Shown: in pieces, positions 1 through 9,359 of the stretch
Position numbering within the stretch: position 1 is the stretch's first letter
Layout of the letters: each line of letters begins with the position of its first letter
From: Nitrospirota bacterium
Lineage (GTDB): Bacteria; Nitrospirota; UBA9217
Reading direction: 5' to 3'
DNA length: 64,000 bases
Assembly: GCA_963737155.1 (NCBI GenBank)
Contig: CAVTRN010000002.1
Coordinates: 1,376,001 to 1,440,000 of the forward strand
Notes under the pieces: generated by a model
The model's database searches: none
The model's input: only the letters and a program-made list of their open reading frames with translations
Told to the model about the DNA's origin: nothing
Translations under genes and position numbers: made by a program

Positions 1-38
1 CGCCAGGAGGCGGGTCAAGCGGACCGGTGTTGGTTTAA

Positions 39-1590
39 ATCCCCGCTTAGATTCCGTGTTTGCAATATTGCGTTGTGTAGTTGTGCTATAATATCTCGCA
101 TGGCATCAGGAACAAGCGGAGTTAAATTCAGGGCGTATCCGACGGAGAAGCAGCAAGAGAAACTGTCTCAGTGGTTCGGCTGCCAGCCGCCTGATATACA
201 ACAGCAAAGTATCAGAATCGCAGTATTTCTACACCTTCAGGAAACACTCCCTTTCTTTTACCGGCATGCGGCTTCCAAACGATCAACAATACTCGCAGTT
301 CAAGGACAAAGAGCTCACCCCGTTTTTGTACGAGCTGCCTTCACAAGTACTCCGTAATGGTGCCGTCAGATTCATGGGCGCTCAACAGCGGTTTTTCAAA
401 GGGCTCGCCGAGCGTCCAACGTTCAAGAAGAAATCTGGTCGCCAAACCGTTTGGCTTACAAAAGAACTATTTCAGTTCGAGCCCACCGGCACGCAAAAGC
501 GGCCACAAAACCAAACAGGGTAAAACAATCTACGAGCACAAGCTGATGATCGGCACAAAAACACACAACCTCGGAGAATTGCGTTTTAAGGCCCATACGG
601 AATACGATTTACCGGCGACTATTACAATTGCGCGGGATGCCGGTAAGTGGTTTGTCTCCTTCTCCTATGCAGCGTCTGATGACCTCAATTTATCGGAATC
701 CGATCTTATCGCCCGTTACTCAGCGATGAACGCCTAAAATCTCAATAAAATCACGATGGGGATAGACCGTGGTGTGGATATCCCTGCCGTAACAAGCGCC
801 GATGAAAATCATGACTACACTGACAATCAAAAAAGCAACCTCGTTAAAAAAGAAGCTCGCCGGAAACGCTACCAGCGAATGATGGCCCGCAGACAAAAAG
901 GGTCAGGTCGCAGGAAGCGCGCAAATATTAAAGTTTCAAGCTGCCATGCACATGCAGCCCATGTCCGCTTAGACTTCGCCCACAAAACCAGCCGAAAACT
1001 GGTTGATTCCGATGCAGAAATCATCGTATTCGAGGACCTTAAAGTCAAGAAAATGACCAAAGCGCCGGAACCTAAACCAGCAGATAACGGTACGGGCGCA
1101 TATCTCCCCAACGGAGCTGCCGCCAAAGCAGGACTCAATAAAGCGATCCTAGCGTCCGCCTGGGGCAAAGTAAAGCTGTTCACCACGTACAAAGCCAAAA
1201 GAGCAAACAAACTCGTCATAGCCGTACCGCCACACTGCACGTCGCAGGAGTGTTCGAAGTGTTCGCACACTCACCCGGGTAATCGCCAGTCTCAGGCGAT
1301 ATTCGAATGCCAATGCTGCGGATTTACAGCAAACGCCGACTTTAATGCATCCGTCTCTGTCAAAAATAGGGGTATCCGGATGCTGGTCGCCGGCGAGATT
1401 GCCGTAAAGCAAACAACGCGTGCTATGCGGTTAAAGAAAACGCAACAACTAGGTCGGGAACCGGCCGAAGTTACGCGCGGGGAGATGGAAGTAAGACGAC
1501 CTGAGGGCACATGCCTTAAGGTCGCATCCGTCGGGAACCGTGAAACCCCCACTACAACCATTCTTACGATTTAGTGGCGGGAGAGTTCAT
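39..1590 (+). mobile_element. IS200/IS605-family (IS1341-type, tnpB only) element
   Basis: Preceded by TTTAA (34-38), an IS605-type target. Contains tnpB fragments and has no room for tnpA. The right end has the hairpin CCCCCACTA...TAGTGGCGGG followed by GAGTTCAT (to 1590). Removing the element rejoins the flanks in frame. Confidence 0.8.
100..1574 (+). pseudogene. tnpB: TnpB RNA-guided endonuclease, disrupted
   Basis: HTH start KFRAYPT..Q...L..WFGC. Frameshifts near 187 and ~492 and an in-frame TAA at 735-737. ORF 756-1574 keeps RuvC GIDRG, VFEDL and NADFNA plus the CSKC/CQCC zinc finger. Confidence 0.9.
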
Positions 1591-1847
1591 TTCAGCAACG
1601 AGGGAACTGATGAGTTGAACATCGACCCGGTGAATACTTCCTGAGGGGCAGGCCAGTGAAGGCTAGTTCGAGCCATCTGAAACAGGGAGAGAAGGGCACA
1701 ATTATAGCGCGGGTTTCAACAGCCATGAAAAGCGGGCCAATCGAGAAAACAATCAATGTGTTGAGTAATGATCCGAAGAAACCAAAGGTGATCCTTACAC
1801 TGGAAGACTTGCTGCCGCCGGTAAAAGACAACAGTATTTTCCCTTGA
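1591..1847 (+). pseudogene. DUF1573 (Ig-like) protein, 3' part; probable selenoprotein, IS-interrupted and frameshifted
   Basis: FSNEGTDELNIDPVNTS-TGA-G (DUF1573 pattern F.N.G...L.I..V..SCGC), then a 1-nt frameshift into KASSSHLKQGEKGTI...KTINVLSNDPKKP. The 5' part continues in frame at 1-39. Confidence 0.6.
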
Positions 1848-1920
1848 TGCCGCCGATAAATCCGTGACAAGACGAATGTGTCCGCGGTTGCAGATGTGAC
1901 CCTGTAGAATCCACCAAATA

Positions 1921-3543
1921 TCATTCCCGCCATACAGTCGTTTCAATTTCCCGCAACAACCATTCAAATGTTTCCGGATGGATCGCCGAGCAAACGACCC
2001 CCTTGAACCGGGCCGCCATGAACTTGACCCAGAGGGGGTTAACGAGATCGGCTTTATTAAAGACGATCAGCCGTGGGATATGGTCCAGACCGATTTCAAT
2101 GAGGAGGTTGTTTACCGAGTCCATTTGCTGTTCGAACCGTGGATTGCTGATGTCAACCACGTGCAGAATCAGATCGGCATCCAGCATCTCTTCGAGCGTG
2201 GCTCGGAAAGCACCGAGCAGGTCTTTAGGGAGGTCTTTAATAAATCCAACCGTATCGGTGATAACAACTTCACGGTCTCTCGGGAAACGAAGCCTGCGCG
2301 TTGCAGTATCGAGCGTGGCGAAGAGCAGGTTTTCGGCCTTGACCTCAGATTTGGTGAGGGCGTTGAAGAGTGTGGACTTGCCTACATTCGTGTATCCAGC
2401 TATGGAAACAATGGGGATATTGCTTCTGACGCGCCGCTCCCGGCGCTGGTCACGGGCTTTCTCCAGGGCATCAAGCTGTTTCTCCAGTCTGCGTATCCTG
2501 TCTCGGGCGCGGCGCATATCGATTTCGAGCCTTGTTTCTCCCGGGCCCCTGCCGCCGATTCCACCGGTTAGGCGCGAGAGCGCTGTAGATCGCTCCGAAA
2601 GCCTTGGCAGTCGGTACTTGAGCATGGCGAGCTCGACCTGAACCTTACCGTCGCCGCTGTGGGCGCGCCGGGCGAATATATCAAGAATGAGCTGGGTCCG
2701 GTCGATGACGCGCATTTCGGTGATATCGCCGATCGCCCTGACTTGGGCTGGCGTCAGGTTCTGGTCGAATACGATTAGGTCTGATCCGATTTGCTGAGAG
2801 CGGATGATCAGTTCCTTGAGTTTGCCTTCGCCGAGCAGGAATCGTGGATTGATTTCATGAAGCCTCTGAATCACCGTATCCAGAACCGTGATCCCATCGG
2901 AGTGCGCCAGTTCCTTGAGCTCTTCGATGGACTCTTCCTGCTCGTGCTTACTCTTTTTTGACGCACTCACGAGGATGGCCTGTTCTTTTTGAACTACCTC
3001 GCGCGCGGTCTGAGCCCGCTCCATTTGTCGTTCAATGTCAGCAATGAATTCCACCGCATCGATGTTGAGCGTATGGATCGTCTGCGGAGGCAGGACTTCA
3101 TAGAGTTTTTCCTCGGGATTGGGAGGGATGAGGTATGCGATTGAAATGCTCCCCGGCAGGCCGTCCGGCTGGACGGCGAGAGCGGCTATCATGTCGAGCC
3201 TGAGAAGCGCCAAGTCAGTCATATCCTCCTGGTTCAAGGGCTGTCCCTTGAGATGGGTATGAATGAATCGAACGCCGCGGAGGCGTCTGCTTCCAAGCCG
3301 GTATTCGGTGAGATCGGGAATAAGGATGTCCTTATTCGATCCGACGATCACATTTTGAACGTTTCCGGACCGATCGATGATGAGGCCGATCTGCCTGCTG
3401 ATTTCAGCGGAGGCTTCGGATAGGGCGCGAGCGGCTTCGGGGGTGATGATAGCGTTGGGCGGCATTCTCCTGCGGTAAAGTCGCTCAAGTTTCTTGATTT
3501 CCGCGGGTTTGAGTCCCGTTGTGTTGCCGTGGATAGTGGGAAT
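1921..3543 (-). CDS. hflX: GTPase HflX (ribosome-splitting factor), long N-terminal form
   Basis: GGIGGRGPGET, G1 GYTNVGKST, LFATLD, DTVGF, NKAD. The conserved-looking N-terminus HGNTTGLK..EIKKLERLYRRR extends to ATT at 3543, behind the RBS AAGGAG. Confidence 0.95.
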   Translation of the reverse strand: MPTIHGNTTGLKPAEIKKLERLYRRRMPPNAIITPEAARALSEASAEISRQIGLIIDRSGNVQNVIVGSNKDILIPDLTEYRLGSRRLRGVRFIHTHLKGQPLNQEDMTDLALLRLDMIAALAVQPDGLPGSISIAYLIPPNPEEKLYEVLPPQTIHTLNIDAVEFIADIERQMERAQTAREVVQKEQAILVSASKKSKHEQEESIEELKELAHSDGITVLDTVIQRLHEINPRFLLGEGKLKELIIRSQQIGSDLIVFDQNLTPAQVRAIGDITEMRVIDRTQLILDIFARRAHSGDGKVQVELAMLKYRLPRLSERSTALSRLTGGIGGRGPGETRLEIDMRRARDRIRRLEKQLDALEKARDQRRERRVRSNIPIVSIAGYTNVGKSTLFNALTKSEVKAENLLFATLDTATRRLRFPRDREVVITDTVGFIKDLPKDLLGAFRATLEEMLDADLILHVVDISNPRFEQQMDSVNNLLIEIGLDHIPRLIVFNKADLVNPLWVKFMAARFKGVVCSAIHPETFEWLLREIETTVWRE

Positions 3544-3669
3544 AAAGGTCTCCTTGACCGAATTCCGCGTCTTTGCCTTTTAACCCAGGGGAGGCGCGGA
3601 GCAAAAAGATACAGCGCAGACTGGTTTATGCACTGTTATCATTGTACCATGATTTTTCGCAGAACGCCG

Positions 3670-4164
3670 CTACTTGACCAGATACACGATATCGTGTTCC
3701 CGTGCATGATCCTTTATCCCAATGCCAACGCTTTGGCCGGGCTCAGCCCGGTCGATGTGCTTGTGTTCGTACTCCATGGACTCAACGGACTGGGAAAAAT
3801 CGGTAGTGCGTCCTTTCAAGCGAATGGTATCTCCTACCGTGAGCGTTCCCTTGTTGATCTGGACAACAGCGACATTTAGATGGCTGTAATAATGCGTAAC
3901 CGTGCCGATGGCCTCCTCGGTTTCAATCGGTTCTTCTACAGACGGAATAATGCGTGTTGGCGGTCCCGGCTCCACCATGAGCGATTTGGAAGGTGTTGTT
4001 TCCATCTGGAGAGTCGTGGCTCTCGTCTTAAAAACCTTCTTTGTTGCAGCTTTCTTGGCAGAAAATGAATTTTTCTTCATGGCTTTTTTCTTAACTGCTT
4101 TTTTTACAGTTTTGCGGGAAAAAGCTTTTTTTGCTTTTTTCTTGGCCTTTTTACTTTTTGGCAT
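3670..4164 (-). CDS. Lys/Ala-rich N-terminus plus EF-Tu domain II-like / peptidase U32 C-terminal-like beta-barrel protein
   Basis: RBS AAGGAGG before ATG 4164. MPKSKKAKKKAKK... followed by IGTVTHYYSHLNVAVV...L.VGD.I...G.TTDF.Q.VESM...A.PG..VGI. Confidence 0.8.
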   Translation of the reverse strand: MPKSKKAKKKAKKAFSRKTVKKAVKKKAMKKNSFSAKKAATKKVFKTRATTLQMETTPSKSLMVEPGPPTRIIPSVEEPIETEEAIGTVTHYYSHLNVAVVQINKGTLTVGDTIRLKGRTTDFSQSVESMEYEHKHIDRAEPGQSVGIGIKDHAREHDIVYLVK

Positions 4165-4187
4165 AAGGCGCCTCCTTTGTTGTTTAA

Positions 4188-4316
4188 CTTGCAATTCCCG
4201 GTAGCTTGCTACAGGGTCACCGCATAGAGGGAAGAGTTTGAGAACCCGTAGGTTTCTTAAAAGATAATCGTCTTCCTTCGTATAGATATCTCGCAGTTTG
4301 CTGCGGGGAGGTTCAT
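4188..4316 (+). mobile_element. Non-autonomous IS200/IS605-end element (PATE-like), family A copy 1
   Basis: Closely similar to 63026-63153. Terminal GCAG-YTTG-CTGC-type hairpins, preceded by TTTAA, ending GGAGGTTCAT. Confidence 0.7.
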
Positions 4317-5534
4317 TGCCGGCGAGATTTTGAATGTAGGCTTCGTATTCACACACAAACTTATGTTCTTTGATGCGATATGATATATGAAGCATGGTAT
4401 CGATTCGCTTCGAAATGCTCTTCCTTCAATGGCTAAACTGGCAAAATATTAGCAAATAAGTCATAAAAAGCAAGCAAAATTCAACGTTAATCAAATATTA
4501 TTTACAAAACATTGCTTGCTTAAAGGGAATTAGATTAATATGAAATAATCTGTGCCTTTTAAATGGATTGTCTTTGGAGATATAGTTCAAGAGCTTAATT
4601 ATCTTTAACGTTGCTGCATTCTTCCCTGAGCTTCTCTCCGCGGTATCAAAAAGTCTCGTTGACAGTTTTCCCTTAGTAAAATTCGTGCTTTCAAACGCAC
4701 GTTGTTCCTCAATGGCACCAACTTTGAGCAGTATGAAAGGACATAATAGAGGAGTTCGTACTGATATCGGCGGTATCCGAAATCCCGCGTTTTCGGAAAC
4801 AAGGACTATGCGCTTAACGCCCGTTTTCCGCATTGAGATCAGTTTTTGGACTTTTCACTGATAACAGGTTCACGAACATCATGAAAAGCTCCGAGGTGAT
4901 CAGCACACTCTGACGAATGCTGCGGGAGGGAAAATCTAGCTCCCTGCTGTCGCTGTCTTCTTGAAGGCCGTGCATTTTATTTTCCGACCTTGTCCCTGTC
5001 ATGCATGCATACGGGTGTTTATTTGAAAGTTCTGTGATTCATCAGTGGTTTTCAATATGTGCGTAATTGCGTTGTAATCTTGAAGTGAATCAGGTGATTA
5101 ATTTGGTCTGACACAACCCAGCGAACCATCCGATCCACATTAACGGAGGCAAATAATAAAGTCCCATCGTGAAGCGTGGTCTCTTTCAGATCAGGCCATT
5201 CCCAGCGTTCTTTGCGTAGAGCTCCTGTCGGTCTGAAAGGTACGCAAGAAGGACTGGAAGGGTCCTTTTTCGTCCTGTTTCCATCTAACTTGAATCGACC
5301 GCATCTTCTCAAAAGTAAAGCGCATACGTGAAGAGGAGGAAGTACCGTCCCCTCTACGGTATAGTCCAGCTATCATCACCGATCTGTTCGTGTGAAGCAG
5401 GCGAAGAAGACAGTGTGAGGGCTAGGGAGATGACCAAAATCTCAAAGGTCCTCTGAACGAAGTCGGCTATTGCCTCCTGTTTCGGTGTTGACTGTACCAC
5501 AGGGATGGATTATGATGTGCGGCACATGCCTGCC

Positions 5535-6611
5535 ATGAAAATATTGATCGTAAAAATGTCCGCTATCGGTGATGTGGTGCAGACGCTGCCCGCCCTTGAG
5601 GCCCTCAAAAAAAACTTTCCGGACAGCGAAATAACCTGGGTTGTCGAAGAGGCAGCCTCGGGCATCCTTGAGGGGCATCCTCTGATAGACCGTTTGTACG
5701 TATCGAAACGAAAAAAGTGGTTTCGCATGCTCAAAAATCCGGTCACCGCCGCGGAGGGTTTTGAACAGATGATCCGCTTTGTCCGGGAGCTGCGAAGCAT
5801 CCGTTATGATATCGCCATAGATTTCCAGGGGCTTTTTAAGAGCGGGATTGTGATCGGTCTGGCGCAGTCTAGCCGCAAGATCGGTTTTGATCGAACCCGG
5901 GAGCTCTCCTTCGTCTTCCTGAACGAGAAGCTGCCTCCCTACGATGTTGAGAAACATGCCTTGGAGAGGTATCTTGATTTGGCCCGTTACCTTGGCGTAA
6001 AGGACCCTTCTCCCAGATGTTCGCTCCCGATCGATCGAGAATGTGAGGTCATCAAAAATAGGCTGGAACGAATCAGGGACCGGGGGCGCATGCTTGTCGT
6101 TGTGAACCCTGGGGCGCGCTGGGCGACAAAGCTCTGGCCGGAGAAGAATTTTGCGGAGTTGGCGGATCGCCTGATCCGGGAGAAAAACGCAGTAATCGTA
6201 TTTTCTGGAAGCGGCGAAGACCGGGCTGTGAATGACAGAATCCTGTCGATGATGAGGGAAAAGGCCGCGAACTGGGCGGGTGAGACCACGCTCAAGGAAC
6301 TAGCCGCTCTCGCGTTCCTTTCCGATCTCTTTATAACCACCGATACCGGTCCGATGCACCTCGCAGCGGCTGCCGGAGCCAGAGTCGTTGCGCTTTTCGG
6401 ACCGACAGCCCCATGGCGGACGGGCCCATACGGGCCGTCTCACATTGTCGTACGCACGGGCATCGACTGTTCTCCCTGTTTTCAGCGGCAGTGTGATATC
6501 AATATGGAATGCATGTCTGGGATATCCGTTGAAGAAGTCATGCGGAATATTTCCTCGCAAGCGGAGAGTCTACACAAAACAGAAAAAAGGGAACCTCCTC
6601 ACAACGGTTAA
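5535..6611 (+). CDS. LPS heptosyltransferase (GT9, WaaC/WaaF-like)
   Basis: MKILIVKMSAIGDVV, DFQGLFKSG, NPGARWATKLWP, DTGPMHLAAA, ALFGPT.P.RTGP. Confidence 0.92.
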   Translation: MKILIVKMSAIGDVVQTLPALEALKKNFPDSEITWVVEEAASGILEGHPLIDRLYVSKRKKWFRMLKNPVTAAEGFEQMIRFVRELRSIRYDIAIDFQGLFKSGIVIGLAQSSRKIGFDRTRELSFVFLNEKLPPYDVEKHALERYLDLARYLGVKDPSPRCSLPIDRECEVIKNRLERIRDRGRMLVVVNPGARWATKLWPEKNFAELADRLIREKNAVIVFSGSGEDRAVNDRILSMMREKAANWAGETTLKELAALAFLSDLFITTDTGPMHLAAAAGARVVALFGPTAPWRTGPYGPSHIVVRTGIDCSPCFQRQCDINMECMSGISVEEVMRNISSQAESLHKTEKREPPHNG

Positions 6612-6629
6612 GCAGGGCTTCCTTTTTTT
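6583..6629. terminator. Probable bidirectional intrinsic terminator
   Basis: AAAAAAGGGAACC...GGCTTCCTTTTTTT between convergent genes. Confidence 0.45.
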
Positions 6630-6651
6630 GTTTTCGGGGAGCAGACGCGTT

Positions 6652-7101
6652 TCAGCAGGCTGTCATCGCCGCGGTTTGTTCGATGTATTTCACGATCTGG
6701 GCCAGGGGAAGACGGCGTTCATCGAGAGCCCAGAAAAAGAAATCGTCAACGGATTTGAACGGGCCGTATGCAGCTCGGTGTGAGGCGAGAGCATCGGCCG
6801 CAGTTTTGTCGGTGATGATCTGGTTTGCATTCATGATCTGGTCTAGAATTGTCGGGAAACCGGTATACCAGGAACCATAACTTTTTCCCTTTATATTGCT
6901 TATGCGGTCTTTAAGCATGTTCAAGACTTGACGGTAGAGGCCGGCTTGATCATTCATAGTGTGCTGTGGGTCGATGATAAGGGAGTGCATGCCGATGGCC
7001 TGGGTCATCTCTGAATAGCGATGCTGTTTAAAAAGTTCGCCAAGGTACGTATTTAGATTTTCCTTTTTTTCGATACTTGAGACCATGACGAGTTCCGACA
7101 T
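6652..7101 (-). CDS. Hypothetical protein
   Basis: 149-aa ORF with RBS GGGGAGGG and natural composition; no family recognised. Confidence 0.7.
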   Translation of the reverse strand: MSELVMVSSIEKKENLNTYLGELFKQHRYSEMTQAIGMHSLIIDPQHTMNDQAGLYRQVLNMLKDRISNIKGKSYGSWYTGFPTILDQIMNANQIITDKTAADALASHRAAYGPFKSVDDFFFWALDERRLPLAQIVKYIEQTAAMTAC

Positions 7102-7189
7102 AGCAGAGAGCCCTCCCCAAAGGATGACGATTTCAAATGCTGATATGCGATCTTATATCATGTCGAGGTGGGAATCAAGATTTATTTAT

Positions 7190-7323
7190 AAAACCTGTCC
7201 TTGAATACACAGCAGTTCTACTGATGGGATAAAAAGAATAATTCTGACAAAGTCAGGATAAGAATTGATTGTTTTAGGTTCTAGCGGTTTTGATGCCTGC
7301 AGCTCTGCTGCGGGGCAATTCAC
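7190..7323 (+). mobile_element. Non-autonomous IS200/IS605-end element (PATE-like), family B copy 1
   Basis: Follows TTTAT. Shares AAAAC..GTCC..AATAC and the end GATGCC.GCAGC...GCTGCGGGG.AATTCAC with 25075-25219. Confidence 0.6.
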
Positions 7324-7471
7324 TTAAAGAGCAGCGGCTGCGCTGTCATCTGTCATCCCCTGTCGTTTGCTGAAAACGTTCTGCCTTCCCACTAATAACA
7401 GTGTGAAAAACAAGAAGGGCAAATTATCTGGCTTGAAAATTCAACATAAATCGGGTAAAGTCGATAGTATT

Positions 7472-8683
7472 ATGTCTGGAATGAGTAAGTCGTCGCCCAC
7501 GTGGCGCAGGGGCCTTACTAAAAACGTTGTCATTCTGGGTTTTGTCAGCCTGCTGAACGACGGCGCATCGGAAATGATCTATCCGCTCCTGCCGATATTT
7601 CTCACTGCCGTGCTCGGTGCCGGTCCGGCAGTTATTGGGGTAATCGAAGGCATTGCCGAAGCGACCGCTTCACTGCTCAAACTCTACTCAGGATACCTCT
7701 CTGACCGGGTAAAGAAGCGGAAGGGCTGGATCGTCGCCGGTTATGCCATCTCTAATGCGATCAGGCCGCTTATTGCTTTTTCCACTTCATGGCTGCACGT
7801 GCTGGTGCTTCGATTTTTTGACCGCGTGGGTAAGGGCCTGCGTACATCCCCGCGCGACGCGATCATCGCCGACTCGACTCCTGGCGAGTACCGGGGCAAG
7901 GCCTATGGTTTTCATCGTGCCATGGACAACAGCGGCGCTATCGTCGGGCCTATTGCCGCTACAGCGCTGCTCTTGGTATTTCACGACAACATCAAAACGA
8001 TCTTTCTGCTTTCCTTCATCCCTGGCCTGCTTGCCGTGCTCCTACTTCTTTTCGGGCTCAGGGATAAGCAGCAGGAAACACCCCTTGCCGCCTCATCAAT
8101 ATTCAACTTCAGATCGGCTTGGGCCGAGATGTCGTCGGGCTTCCGCAAGTACCTGTGGATCCTCCTTCTGTTCGCGCTCGGGAACTCGAGTGATGCCTTT
8201 CTCCTGCTTCGGGCGCAGCAGCTCGGGGTGACGGTCACGCTCCTGCCAATGATCTGGGTTGTTCTGAACATCGTCAAGATGGGCCTATCTGTGCCGGGAG
8301 GAATACTCTCGGACCGCATTGGAAGAAAAAAAGTGATCGTAACAGGGTGGATCGTGTATGCCTTGGTGTATGCTGGATTCGGTGCGTCGACCCAATACTG
8401 GCATGCTTGGGCTCTATTCGCCGTGTACGGGATATACTTCGGCCTGACCGAGGGCGTCGAAAAAGCGCTGGTAGCCGATTTTGCGCCCGCACATTTACGC
8501 GGATCATCTTTCGGCCTCTATAACCTAGTCGTTGGTGTCGGGGCTTTACCGGCTTCGCTTCTCTTCGGTATCGTGTGGCAGAAATTCGGGTCAACAGCGG
8601 CTTTCAGCATGGGGGCAATCTTCGCTCTTGCGGCAAGCCTCATGCTGGCGATGCTGGCGGTAAAGAAATCCGTGGCATACTGA
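7472..8683 (+). CDS. MFS transporter
   Basis: About 12 hydrophobic segments; G.LSDR...R motifs; DRVGKGLRTSPRDAIIAD. Confidence 0.92.
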   Translation: MSGMSKSSPTWRRGLTKNVVILGFVSLLNDGASEMIYPLLPIFLTAVLGAGPAVIGVIEGIAEATASLLKLYSGYLSDRVKKRKGWIVAGYAISNAIRPLIAFSTSWLHVLVLRFFDRVGKGLRTSPRDAIIADSTPGEYRGKAYGFHRAMDNSGAIVGPIAATALLLVFHDNIKTIFLLSFIPGLLAVLLLLFGLRDKQQETPLAASSIFNFRSAWAEMSSGFRKYLWILLLFALGNSSDAFLLLRAQQLGVTVTLLPMIWVVLNIVKMGLSVPGGILSDRIGRKKVIVTGWIVYALVYAGFGASTQYWHAWALFAVYGIYFGLTEGVEKALVADFAPAHLRGSSFGLYNLVVGVGALPASLLFGIVWQKFGSTAAFSMGAIFALAASLMLAMLAVKKSVAY

Positions 8684-8759
8684 AGCGCGTACAACCTGAT
8701 GGGATGATTTTTACTGTCCTGTTGGATCTTGAATAAAGATGGAAAGGTAGAGGTAAGGT

Positions 8760-9359
8760 ATGGCAACGTTTACGGTAGCGATCAGTGGCGCGAGTGGAGC
8801 GCCCTATGCTCTACGGCTGATTCAGACACTCGTCAAAGGCGGTCATTCGATCTATCTGTTGATTACGGGGGACGGGTTATCGATCCTGAATGACGAAACA
8901 GGTCTAAGGTTGAAAGGTTCAGAAACCGATATCCAATTTGCGCTCGAGAAACATCTCGAGGCAAAAGAAGGGCAAATAGCCTATTTCGACGAAGGCAATA
9001 TGTACGCGCCGATCGCGAGCGGTTCCGTCCAAATTAACGCTATGGTCGTGGTTCCCTGCTCCATGAAAACGCTTGCATCCCTGGCCAATGGTTTTGCATC
9101 AAACCTGATAGAGCGGGCCGCTGATGTGACGCTCAAAGAAAAAAGAAAACTGATTATCGTCCCGCGCGAGACGCCGCTATCGGCAATTCATCTCCGGAAT
9201 ATGCTGACGCTGGCGGAACTGGGTTGTCATATTATTCCCGCCATGCCCGCTTTCTACCATCACCCCAAGGGGGTTTCCGATCTTGTAGACTTTGTTGCGG
9301 GCAGGGTGCTTGACAGCATGGGAATCGAGAACGATTTGTCTCCGAGGTGGGGTACTTAG
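8760..9359 (+). CDS. ubiX: Flavin prenyltransferase UbiX
   Basis: VAISGASGA, APIASGS, PCSMKTL, RAADVTLKE.R.LI.VPRETP, PAMPAFY. Confidence 0.95.
   Translation: MATFTVAISGASGAPYALRLIQTLVKGGHSIYLLITGDGLSILNDETGLRLKGSETDIQFALEKHLEAKEGQIAYFDEGNMYAPIASGSVQINAMVVVPCSMKTLASLANGFASNLIERAADVTLKEKRKLIIVPRETPLSAIHLRNMLTLAELGCHIIPAMPAFYHHPKGVSDLVDFVAGRVLDSMGIENDLSPRWGT

Noticed and set aside
4165-4395. 77-codon N-terminal extension of ORF 3670..4395
   Set aside because: Runs through the repeated miniature element; a strong RBS marks ATG 4164.
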